Source: Callorhinchus milii
Lineage: Eukaryota
Assembly (NCBI RefSeq): GCF_018977255.1
Contig: NW_024704749.1
Coordinates: 8,308,001-8,372,000, forward strand
Direction: 5' to 3'
Length of the DNA: 64,000 nucleotides
The notes under the pieces were generated by a model. It was not told the origin of the DNA. It did no database searches and saw nothing but the letters and a program-made list of their open reading frames with translations. Positions 12,201 through 23,732 of this stretch are shown here, in pieces; positions within the stretch are counted from its first letter, which is position 1; every line of letters starts with the position of its first letter. A program made the translations under genes and the position numbers.

Positions 12201-15133
12201 ACGCTCACGGCTCACCATCCCTCAATCACAGAGGACCAGCTCTGACTTGCCCAGAGACAATGAGATGGCAGTTATCACGGTAACATCTTTTGACAGTAAA
12301 CTCATCTTTGCTGGCTCCCCCCCCTCCCCCCGCAACCGCCCCAACCCCCCCCACCACACACACACACACTCACACGCACACGCAATCAATCCAGGGAGCC
12401 AGCGTGTCTGTCATTAACAGTCAAAGGAACGAACCATGTTAGCGAGCTGAGAATTGGAGAGAGACAGAGGCGACGGCTGGATGTGAAGCAAGCAAGTGTA
12501 GGCAATAAATGTGGCCCACCACATTGTGTAACTAATCACCAGGCAACATCCAGCTCGATTCTCAGTGACGCAGGTGGTGGGGGGGGGGGGGGGGGGTGCG
12601 GGGGGGGAGAAAGGGGAGAGAGAGGGTGGAAAAGAAGGAGAAAGGATTGCAGCGTCTCCTACAACTCAGCAAGTCGGCCAAAGAAACCCAGAAGCTGTAA
12701 TAAACGGTCAACGACCTCCACTAATATCCGTCCACCAGTCCAGGCGCCTGCGAGATCGCTGGAAGGCGCTTGCGCCGCCCGCCCCCGCGTGCACACACAA
12801 GTGCCCCACCACCATTCCCGCGCCCCCCCCTCACCCCCCATGCGCGCACGCACGCCTCCCCCTACACACACGTCCCTCCCACACACACTCATAAACGCAC
12901 ACAAAAGCCCACCACACTCACGTACCACACCCCACACGTGTCCCCGCCCCCCGAACACGTCCCCACACCTTCCCCCCGCCCCAACCTCACCATCTTTCTC
13001 ACAGCTCAGCCAAAAATCTCTTGAAAGCAGTAACGCACGACGAGCTTTTATTTATCACCTGTATTAAGCAGGATTTGCCGACTGTACAAACGGAGGGATC
13101 AGTATTTGTTGTTTTTTTTTTGCGAGTCTCAGCAATAACTCGGAGCCAGTAATTATTATGGTCGTCACGGTTATATTTGGGTTCCCAGCGCCTGGGCTAC
13201 AGTGATCAGTTTTCAAGCTTGGCTGAACTCTGATGCTCTGGCAAAGTTACCAAGGTTGTTTTTCTCTCCCCCCCCCCCACTCCTGTAAAATTTGTGATAG
13301 CAGTCTGATTAAGTGCGAGAGAGCGAGAGGGAAAGAGGGAGAGAGAGAGAAAGAGCGAGAGAGAGCCAGGCAAGAACGCAGGCATCGCGCCAAGCGATGA
13401 AATAAAAGTCAGTGGATTTCACAACTTCACCCCCCGCCCGCACCTCCACCCATCCGCCCCTGAGCCCATCTCTCCACGCGAGCGAAAATGCCAGCACCAA
13501 CCCAGAGGGCCAGCGTTCAGAATAAGCTGGAGGGGCTGAATGGCCTCTCCTGTAACTGTGGGACCGAAGGCTTATGTTTCCAAAGCTCCAAAATGTCTGC
13601 TTTGAGATTTGGGAGAGAGAGAGAGAGAGAGGGGGAGAGAGACGTGAGGGAAGGAGAGAAAGAAAGAGAGGCAGGGACAGAGGAAGGGAGGGAGAGCTCG
13701 TCCCGCGTGACCCCTCACCTGAGATGGAGCCCAGCAGGACGCTGCTCTTGATGTGTTGGTAAACGTAGTCGTAGCTCTGTGGTTTCAGGGGGGAACCGGT
13801 GGAGAGGATGGTGTGAAGCGTCTGGAGGCTGTGAGTCTCAGCTGCAAAACACACACGGAGGGAGAGTGTGAGTGGGGAGGGGGGAGAAACGGGGGTTACT
13901 GACCAGCATCAGACACCACAAGCTCAGGACTCATCCCCTCACCCTCCTCCGCCAACAAGCGCAAAAAGTTCTGCCCTAATAAAATGATATGACAGTTGTA
14001 TTTGCTATAGCACTTTGCCATGTTGATGAGTCGTCTCCAAGCGCTTTACAGGACATTACTGTATCGTGCAGCAAACTGTGCATTCTGTGGGCGAAACGCG
14101 GCAGCCAATCTGTGCACAGCGACACCCCCCTGCAAACAGCCGCGAGTCGAGCCACCGGGCGGGAGAGAGACTCCGTTCTGATTCCCAACAGCGCCACGGG
14201 AATGCTCGGTTTGATGGATTTGGGTGGGAGGCAGGAAGGACAGTCCTCCGGCAGCTCAACTCTCATTACCTGGCTTCAGCTTTTTCTCTTCCAGAACTGA
14301 CAGCCACTTGGCACCAGTGCCGAGGATTGTAATCCTGGGAAAGAAAGAGAGAGAGAAAAAATAGTGAACGTCAAGACTTTGCTCCAGTTGTTTCACTCTG
14401 CGCTGTCTCCTCACACACACACACACACCCCCACCGACACCCGCTAACATTTAACCATTCACTGTTGACCATATTAGACGAACTCGGCCCAGCCCGAGTG
14501 ACAGGGAACGGAACAGAGCGAGAGCCTCACCCCAGCCGGTCTATCAGGTCCCAGAGCACGTTAGCGGATGGCACAAGGGGGGAGCCGTCGTACAGCACCA
14601 CCGAGGCTCCTGTACAGAGCGCGGAGATCAGCCAGTTCCACATCATCCAGCCCGTCTGCAACGCACAAGGAGAGGGTTAGTAGCTCGGTGTGGTGGGGGG
14701 GGGGGGGGGGGGGGGGGGAAGGTGTGGGACTGTGTGACCAATCACCCGCCCACTCCCCCACTTCCACCCCCTACCCACACATCAGCGAAAGGGGGGAAAT
14801 AGCGCAAACTGAACACTAAGGGCAGTGTTTGAGTCGTCTCAAACGGACGTCCCTCCCGACGTGAAAGGCGCTCAATAAATGGAATCTTGTTGTTGTTGTC
14901 TCGGATTCAAATAGACCTTTTCCTCCCGTTCAATCACGCGGACAATTTCGCGTGAATTTACGCCGAGGGACAAACAAATCAGGGCGCGGTGGTGGGTCAC
15001 AGGGCCGAGCGAGCGAGCGGGCGAGCGAGGCGACCGGCTGGCTGGTTAAACGACGGGGTGTTCTCTGACAGTCGCAAGGATGCGTGTGGCTCCGGCAATG
15101 GAGAGGATTGACAAGAGAGGAGAGGCCGGGGTC

Positions 15134-15168
<35 letters not shown>

Positions 15169-18100
15169 AGGGCTGGGACGTACGGTGGTGTAGTACAGGA
15201 TGACATCGCTGCTCTTCATGTTGCCGTGGAGAATGTGCTCCTTCATGTGCTGGATGAGGGTGCCCTGAAACACAGCCCACTGTTAGTCACTCGCTCCCGT
15301 CTCCCATCACTTCCTCAACAACCCGCCCGCCCGCCCGCCCGAGCAACCACCAACAGCATGTCGTACTGGATACTGTACTGTGCAGGTGAACGCAGCGGCC
15401 GATTTGCTCCCAGCCGCGTCCCATGCACAACTGAGCGATCAGTGGTTGGGATTTGGGATGCACGGAATTCTCTCTCAGTTTGGTTTGAATCCTTTCCGCG
15501 CGGATGGGTGTCACAGACGCCTCGGGGGCCGGCCCGAAAAAAAAAAAAAAAAGAAAAAAAAGAGGGATGGGTTTTTAATCCGGACACACGTCAGCCGCAA
15601 CACCGGGAGAGAAACAAACTCCCTTCTCTTAACAGCAGCAGATTTTCTTTTTATAATCGACGTCAACGTCACCGGCCGGGGTTCGAAGCCGCGTTCACCG
15701 ACTGTGCGTAGACGTGACGAGGCTGCCCTCCGGTGGCGCGTTCCTGTGACTGCGAGCCTCGGCCGCCCTGAGTTCCGGGCCAGTGGGGAGTGCGGCGTTG
15801 ATCAATCGATGACTGGTCCTCAAGCCGCCCCAGTCTCTCACCCCAACACCCCCGGGAGTCAGCCCCCACTCTCCCCCCCCACCCCCCCCGCGCTCTCGCT
15901 CTTTCTCCCTCTCAGCCGCTGATGTCTCTGGTCGGTGCTGAGCGTCAGACGCATTCCTGTTCCCGTGTATTGGAATGGATCGTGCATTCTCCCCCCCCCC
16001 CCCCCCGCCCCACCCCCTGCCCCGCCAGCCCCCCACCCACTCCGCAGGGCTCACCCTGCTTCAACTCATCCCACAGACAGCGTAGAATCACCCCATCCTT
16101 CCAATACACACGGCCAATTAGACACGCGTGCGGGGAATAAAGCGTTTCCGCAATTAGAGCGTGTCTTGTGACACGCGTTCCCCCCCCCACCCACACCCCC
16201 CCGCAGAGAGAACCTACCCCAGCCGAGTGCACCATACACTTGGGGGCTCCGGTGGTCCCTGACGAGTACATGATGAAGAGCGGGTGGTTGAACGGCAGCT
16301 GCTCAAACTCCAGCTGTGGGGCCGGGCAGCCTTTCCCCATCAACAGGAAGTCATCCAGGAAAATGCTACCACAACAAGACGTACAATTGTAATCATAATA
16401 ATAGGCCCTGCATTTGATCCGGCGCCTTATCACCTCATTGAGACGTCTCAAAGCTGGAGTGACTATGTATTTTGTGGGAGAAAATCCAGCAGCCAATTGC
16501 ACACAGCAGCGGCCCGCAAGCAGTCGGGGATTGAGTGGCCTAATTATTTATTTATTTGAAGGGATTAATTCCCCCCCAGAAAGTGATCTGCCAATTGACT
16601 AACGACCGGGCTCCTGCTTACTGCTAGTTACCGCTTAACTAGGCATGTGGATTAAGGAAAGTCATCTTAAGGTTGCGAGGTGAGCGCTCTAACCACTGAG
16701 CTACGGGATGTTACAGCCGCTCTGGGGCTCCTTACCCGTGCGGGATCCTGGACAGGTCCACAGACGCCCTCGGCCGCACGTACGGAATCAACACCACCTT
16801 CTTCAGGTCCGGCAGCCCTGAAACCCCAACACAACACCACGTAACTGGGGGCCGGGGACCGTCACCCAAATGTGCGATCAGCGTCCGTTCAGCGCCAACA
16901 CCAAACCAGCGCAGCAGCCAGCAAACGCGATGGTCAGTTGACAAACGCAGTGTCCCACAAACAGCCTCGTGGGGAGCGAGCGAGTAATCAATCTGGGGGT
17001 TGCGTCAGCCAGGACACCGGGACAGAAACCTGGGAGGGAGTGGGGCTCACGGTTAGACCTGGGCCACACGTTACCTTTGACCACGCTGAGCAGCTTCTCC
17101 ATGTGGTTGTGCTCTTTGCCGTTGTAAACCACAGCGTCGACGGAGAACATAACTTTGGGCTGGATCTGGGAGACCCTGTCCAGGACCCCCTATGGGGAGA
17201 GCGAGCAGACAGCGGTTACCAGCGAGTTACTAACACAGCCTCGGGGACTGCGCAATACTCAGTTCTAATCAGCCGTAAAGCCCTTCGAGACATCGCATTT
17301 ACATGGAAACCCCAGACATTGGCAGATTTAAGGGTTTATTAAAAAAAAACATATCTGATGTACGTGAGTGAGTGAGTGAGTGAGTGAGTGAGTGAGTGAG
17401 TGAGTGAGTGAGTGAGTGAGTGAGTGAGTGAGTGAGTGAGTGAGTGTTTGCGTGAGTGAGTGAGTGCGTGTGAGTGCGACGTTCTGGTCACACCCTCTGC
17501 CGCCAGGAGAGCAAACATGAACCAAACACCAGAGCCAGTCTGACCGGCTGAAGACAACATCAAATTAGACTGTCCAACGCCTTCCACGTCAGGAGGACGT
17601 CCCAAGGCCCTGGTAGATTTAAATTTCTGTGGGGGTGGAGGGTGTCGACTGAAGAAACCCCTCAACCATCCAGAACCCCCGCACCCCGCCGACCCCATCC
17701 TCCCGTGACCCCCATCCAGCCTCTGGCTGGCAGCCGCTCTCTTTGCCCCACTCACGTTCACGCCGAAGTCGGGGGAGGTTGCGCTCCAGATGGCACCAAT
17801 GCTGGCGGTGGCCAACATGGCTTCGACTGCATGGACGCTGTTCGGCAGATAACCTGCGAGGAAGGCAGCGAGGGTCAGAGGGGGAGCGGTGGGACAGGAC
17901 ATTCGCCTTCCCCCCCTCCCCCTCGGGAACCCCGAGCTGGCAGATCCCAGCTCGTGGCCAGACACAGCCGTCGCCAGGCTACACCGTGGTATTACCAGCG
18001 CGGCAACACCACAGCAGGGTAGGCAGAGGTGAAGGGTTTGGTTACAACAATAACTTGCACACGTATATGTATATTATGGCACCTTTAATCAGGGCAGTGT

Positions 18101-21100
18101 CTCAGAGAGTTTAATGATTTAATGCAGAGCCAGGATCTGAGGATGGAGAGGGCGAAATCCTTTAGCTTTCCCCCCCACCCACCTCCTACACACACACACA
18201 CGCAATATATGGGCCTCAGTGACAGTATGAGCTCACTGCCACGTCGGGATCGTGTATGTGTGTGCGTGTGCGTGTGTGAAGGAAGGCCCATTGCTTAGGG
18301 CAGGGCCCGGAATCCTGCTTCGTGTACCTGTTTGGCAGCATGCCAACTCCTGACAGAGAGAGAGAGAGAGAAACAGTATATGAGAGAGAGAGAGAGAGAG
18401 AGTAAAAGGCAGAAAGGGAAAGAGTGTGAGAGAGACACACAGAGAGAGTAAGGATGTGTGACAAAATGAGAGAGAGAGAGAGAGAGTAAGGGAGAGGGAG
18501 ATGGACTGAGAGAGGGAGAGAGAGAGAGAGAGATTCCCTGCATGTTGAGGGACCGCTTGGATCAGCCCAATACGGAGCGGGAATGCCGTGCTCGGAATGC
18601 TGCGGGCTGGGGTTTGGGAACAGGCTGAGCAGAGACAGTTTTTTTTTTTTGCGCAGGGGCCGTGAGCTCGCCTGGTGTCGACCCGAGCAGAGACGTTTCC
18701 AGTTCTGTTATATATCCCACATCGCATGACAACCACACAGGAAGGGCAGCAAAGTCTATAACCATCCCACCCCCACACCAAACCCACCCACTTAATCCTA
18801 TCGCCGCACATCCCTCCCTACGTCAGATAACGGTGTCACGTACCCAAAACTCGGTCCCCGACGTTCACTCCTGCCCTCCGCAGAGCGACTGCGTACAAAG
18901 CCACTCGTCTCTTCAGCTCCTTAAAGGTGACTTTCACCACCTCCTCGGTCCCTTCCCCTGGAAAGCAATCAGCCTGTTAGCCCCGCCTCACGGCCACCGG
19001 TCAAACGTCCCAGCGCACCCGGGTTTGTAGAATCTCTGCTGTGAGGTCGGTTGGTGCAGAATTAATAATAATGATAGTAATAATAATCCTTGCCTTTGAT
19101 ATTGCGCCTCATGTCTTCAAGACGTCTCAAAGCGCTTTGCAGATTAATATACTGTAAAGTGGAGTGACGGTGTACTTTGCGGGAGAAACACGGCAACGAA
19201 TTGCCCGCAGCAGTCGTGGATTGAGTGACCAATTTATTATTTATTTATCTTGAAGGGATTATTACTCTGGAAAGGGAATACTGGCTACTGCCCCCCCCCA
19301 CCACCCGCCCACACAGCTGAGCTTAGTAACTGGGGAGAGCGGGGGAGAGTAACTGGGTGGGATTGATACCCCCTAACTTCCCAGTTACCTCCCTCTGAGC
19401 CTTTGGCAGTGGGCGGTTGAGCAATGACACTGACTTGAGACCCGGTATGGAGAGGGAGGGAGGGAGTGAGTGTGGTTGTTGGGGGGGGGGGGTGAGGCTT
19501 ACCTGCCGCGTACAGAGCTACCTTGTCCTCCTCCTTGTGGCGAAGGAGGTTCTCGGCGTAGTTTAACCGGCTCCCGCTGAACCACTCGGGCAAATCCGCC
19601 ACCGTCTTCATCCTGTCGATCACCTGAGGGCAAGACCCACATCACAGCTCACACCCCGGCCCCAGCAATCACAGAATAACTGACACAGTCAATTCCTGCT
19701 GCCTCAACCCCGGCTTAACTACTCACCGCAGCTGTCAATATCTCGGCCACCATTTATTTATGGCTATCTCGCCGCTCCCAGTAAGTCGTCACTGAGACAT
19801 TATAAATAATAACGACAAATCTTGCGTTCGATACAGCACCTGATCACGCCGTTGAGACGTCTCAAGGCGCATCACGGCATGGTACTGTAAAGTGAAGTGA
19901 CTGTGAATTTTGTGGGGGAATAACAGCACCACCAACCCCCCCCCCCCAGCCCACCCCCGCCTCAGAATCAGAGGGTTGGGGGACTTTTGAGCTGTCACAG
20001 CCCAGGCTGACACTGCGGCGCAGTGCTGGGTTGTCAGAGGTGCCATCCTTCAGACTAAGGTGTCCCCCACCACTTACCCCCACCCCCCCCGTCTGTGGCT
20101 GTGTTTGTTCAGTGACGTTGCTGTGTGCAAAATGAACTGCCACATTCGCCTTCAAATGACACATTGCCACTTCCTGGAAAGCGCTTGTGGCGACATCTCG
20201 ACGAAGGGATAAGGCACATCGTCAAATGTATAGGTTGTTATATTGCTATCAGGTCCTGGCGATCTCCCAGTATCCGCCTCGCCCCTCATTCCATCCAACT
20301 GTGAGATGGATCCAGTCTCTTTGCTTTCTGACCAAACTGAACTCTATTTGGGACATCCTCCTGACATGAAAGGCACTGCGTAAATGTAATTTGTTGTTGG
20401 GGGGGTGGGGGGGAGTGGGTATGAGAACGTAGCCTTACCTCGTTATAATTGCGAGAGTAAACGAATCCACTGAACTTCCAGAACTCTGCCCAGAACTCTG
20501 CGTAGTTGTCCACTGACCAGTGATACAGCTCGCTGTAATTGGCTAGAAAACAGGAAGGCCACTTAAGTTTCTTCACACTCCACCTTCTGTGCTGACCAGA
20601 GTTAATGATAATAATAATAATCCTTGCATTTGATACAGCGTTGAGACATCTCCGCAAACGCTTTGCAGGGAATGACAGTGAGGTCTAGTGACTGTGTTGA
20701 GACATCTCAAAGCGCTTCAGGGAATATATTGTCAAGTGAATTAACTGTATTTTGTGCGTGAAGTGTGGTAGCTAATAGCGCACAGCAGTGTCCCACAAAC
20801 AATTGTGGACTGAGTGACCATTTTTTGGGGGGAGTGATTATTACCCCTGGAAAGCAATCCACCAATCGACTAACAACCAGGTTCCCACATAATGGTAGGT
20901 AAACAGAGGCACATGTGGAGTAAGGAAACTTGCCTGAGGTTTCATCCCGCCCGGGAATCAAAACCCGTGTCCTCTCGCTCGTGAGGCAAGTTCTCTAACC
21001 ACTACGCTACAGGTCCCCACGAAAATGCAATTTGTTGTTGCTAATAAGATCGCTCATCTTAGACCATTCACAAAAACTCGTGTAAACAGTGCCGAAACTC

Positions 21101-22281
21101 ACGATCACATCCTCTGCAGACCAACATTTGCCTGGGAGGTGACAGCCAGCTGGTGAACTGACAGGCATTGCCCCTGGTTTTACTATTACGCTGCCTCCAC
21201 CATCCTCTCCGTGTCCCCTGTGGGATCTCAGATTGCACATGTACAAAGAGCCCCTTTTTGCAGTCTGTAAAGCCTCAGGAATTTGGCAAAGCGAGTGGAT
21301 TGGGGAGAGAGAGAGACTCGATGCATTCACCAACCCCCTCCCGCCCCCTCTCTCTCTCTCTCTCTCTCTCTCCCTCCCTAGGGCATCTTCTGCAGAAACA
21401 GGGCTGGCATTTTGGTGCAGAATAGAGCAGGGCTCCCATCCCTTTGAGATAAACATAAAGGAATATCCATCAAATTCCACATTTAGTTTAAAGGATTAAC
21501 TGACTATTACCCCCCACCCCACCCCCACAGACAGACAGACAGACAGACAAGAGTTATTTACGATGTTTATAACACTGTCTCAAACAAACGTTGCTCATCG
21601 ACTCCCCTGGAAGTGCTTTTCAGGGCTGGGCCCCTTACGCTCAACAACAACAACAACAACAACTTGCATTTATATAGCGCCCCTCATGCAAGGTGGGAGT
21701 CCCAGAGTGCTTGACGGTGGCGGAACATGATGCCAAGGTGACCGGTCAAAGAGACACGACCTGGAGATTGGTGGGGAGTGGGCGGGAGTGGTGGGGGAGT
21801 GGGGGGAAAGGAAGGGGCCAAGGCGGAGGGATGGAGGTAAGAGAGTTCCAGAGTTTCGGGGCAGAGCGGCCGAAAGCGCAGTTGGGTTGGGAGGGCGGGC
21901 GCGGAGTGGGGGCGGGCGCGGAGTGGGGGGCGCGGAGAGGGGGCGCGCGCGGAGTGGGAGCGGGCGCGGAGTGGGGGGGCGCGCGGAGTGGGGGGGGCGC
22001 GGAGTGGGGGGGCGCGCGGAGTGGGGGCGCGCGCGGAGTGGGGGGGCGCGGAGTGGGGGCGCGCGCGGAGTGGGGGGCGCGGAGTGGGGGTGTCGGAGTG
22101 GGGGGCGCGGAGTGGGGGAGAAGAAACCCGACCCCGGGCGAACACACTCACTCAGACTGGTGGCCAACTTGTGGTTGACCAACTCCCTGAAGCGGTCCAT
22201 GTGAGTGTCCCTCTTGGAGTCCGGGTACCACAGCACCTTGGACTCCATGATGGGTTGGCTGACATGATGGGGCTCTGACAT
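9257..22281 (-). CDS. AACS: Acetoacetyl-CoA synthetase, 18 coding exons, 671 aa
   Basis: Exons in transcript order: 22152-22281, 20439-20542, 19503-19623, 18844-18957, 17756-17853, 17075-17189, 16736-16817, 16218-16365, 15184-15264, 14531-14655, 14270-14334, 13719-13841, 11659-11772, 10934-11059, 10613-10682, 10118-10176, 9749-9951, 9257-9394. Total 2016 nt, all GT-AG, phases consistent. Motifs: AMP-binding [67 protein letters not shown]. Confidence 0.97.
16392..16708 (-). mobile_element. Degenerate near-full SINE in AACS intron 7
   Basis: Tail, core and head remnant (ctctaaccactgagctacggg) are all recognisable. Confidence 0.75.
17364..17476. repeat. (GTGA)n microsatellite in AACS intron 5
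   Basis: About 20 perfect units. Confidence 0.95.
20603..21018 (-). mobile_element. SINE with head plus duplicated tail in AACS intron 1
   Basis: aataatccttgcatttgatacagcg tail at about 20615; core 20700-20830; head ending ctctaaccactacgctacaggtcccc. Confidence 0.8.
21655..21890 (-). mobile_element. L2 3' fragment in AACS intron 1
   Basis: (CAA)n tail, ttgcatttatatagcgcc, gagttccagagtttcggggcagag ([10 protein letters not shown]). Confidence 0.7.
21895..22120. repeat. GC-rich minisatellite (GCGCGGAGTGGGGG, about 13-17 bp) at the start of AACS coding intron 1
   Basis: Visible tandem units ending about 30 nt from the exon donor. Confidence 0.9.
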
Positions 22282-22708
22282 GCCGCCCGGCTGCTGGGAG
22301 GGAAGGGCAGGGAGTCACTGTGACACTCTGACACTGTGCCCCCTCCCACACTCCCACAGTGCCCGCTCTCCCCACCCCACCCCGAGGCTGTGACAAACGT
22401 ATCCGCGGCCTCAGGGAGCAGCTCCGCTGACGACCTGACTCCCCGCCGCCAGACTGTGGACTGACCGCCGGACTCCGCCCCCTCTCTCTCTCCCTCTCTC
22501 TCCCTCCGCCGCTTTACACCCTCTCGCCGTGATCTCCATCCGCGGGTACGAAAGAGCGCGCGGCTCCAGACGCGGTTGAGGGGGGTGTGGGGCGGCTATT
22601 TTTTCCCATCCCGCCCCCCCCGCGGAATAAAATACCGTCAACCGCGCCGGTAACCGACTTTAAAATCAGTCGAGAGGCGTCTCAGCTCGTCCGCTCCCGC
22701 CGCCTCAC

Positions 22709-22770
22709 CTGGCGCAGGGATACCGGGGCTCTTCTTTTTGCTCCGCCCGCCCGCGCCACGGAGCGGCCGC
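22709..22770 (-). other. AACS: Probable non-coding first exon of AACS (5' end approximate)
   Basis: Strong minus-strand donor CAG|GTGAGG at 22709/22708. A pyrimidine-rich NAGNAG acceptor (ccctcccag|cag) lies at 22294, 12 nt before the ATG. The exon sits just downstream of the CCAAT/GC-box cluster. Confidence 0.55.
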
Positions 22771-22990
22771 CGCTCCCCATTGGCTGAGCCGTCGACCCAT
22801 GCGCGTCAGCCGAGGAGTCGGCCAATCGCCGGCCGCGCGCGCGCGCGCGCTCGCAGCTCCGCCTTCCTCCTCCGCCGCCAACCAACCAACCAATCGCAGG
22901 GCCGCGCTCAGGCAGCGGCGGCCAATCGGGAGAGGGCTGGCAAGAGCCCGGCGTTCGACCCGGATTGCGGCCAATCACGAGAGGCGTAGC
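22740..22990 (-). promoter_or_regulatory. AACS CpG-island promoter with five CCAAT boxes and GC boxes
   Basis: ATTGG at 22779; CCAAT at 22822, 22890, 22922, 22971; ccgcccgcccgc near 22743; (CG)8 at 22834-22850; CpG-rich. Confidence 0.75.
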
Positions 22991-23402
22991 AAAAAAAAAA
23001 CAACCACAAACACACGGCAGCGATGGAGAGGTGTCACACTACCCCCTCTCTCACCAGCCCTCGCCCTTTTGATAGGGCGCCTTCATCAGGTCGACAGGGT
23101 CCGCCGGCGTGAAGTGTAGTGACTGTGTCTCTCGTGGGCGAACGCGGCGGCCAGTGCGCGCCCGGCGACTTCCCCACGGGACAGCCGTGAGGCGGGCGGG
23201 CGATCGGCTTAGGGTGACGGGGAGTCACCACCGTACGACCTCAGCGCCTTGTCAAGAGAAGAAGAAGCCCCAATGGGTCGGACGCTCAGCGCTGTGGCCG
23301 GCCCCTGGCGAGCCGAGCCCTGTCGGGACGGCCGCTTGTACGCGTAGCTTCACACCGTGGGAGCAACCAACCAGCGGGTCCTCCCCGCGAGGCGAAGAGA
23401 TG

Positions 23403-23732
23403 ATAATAATAATAATAATAATAATCCTTGCATTTGATATAGCGCTTTTTCACGTCAGGAGGACGTCCCAAAGCGCTTCACAGAACACACTGTAAAGTGA
23501 ATCGACTGTATATTTGTGGGCGAACGCGGCGGCCGATTGCGCACAGCGATGTCCCACAAACAGTCGTAGATTGAAAATGATGAATTTATTATTGTTGTTG
23601 GTTTTGGAGGGATTATTATTAGGCTCTGTGTGGAGTAAGGAAACTTGCCCAAGGTTTCGCCCTCTGCCTGGAATTGAACTCAGGTCTCTCGCTTGCAAAG
23701 CGAGTGCTCTAACCACTGAGCTGCAGGACTCC
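23403..23732 (-). mobile_element. Full-length tRNA-derived SINE (Deu-type core, L2-derived 3' tail, (TTA)n end)
   Basis: On the minus strand: head GGAGTCCTGCAGCTCAGTGGTTAGAGC...GAGTTCAATTCC (A/B boxes), core GTTTGTGGGACATCGCTGTGCGCAATCGGCCGCCGCGTTCG, tail AGCGCTTTGGGACGTC...GACGTGAAAAAGCGCTATATCAAATGCAAGGATTATTATT. Many related copies occur in the window. Confidence 0.9.

Noticed and set aside
23660-23732. tRNA-like sequences with A/B boxes (also about 8240-8310, 20945-21018, 39395-39445)
   Set aside because: No proper acceptor stem, and each runs into the SINE body; these are SINE heads.
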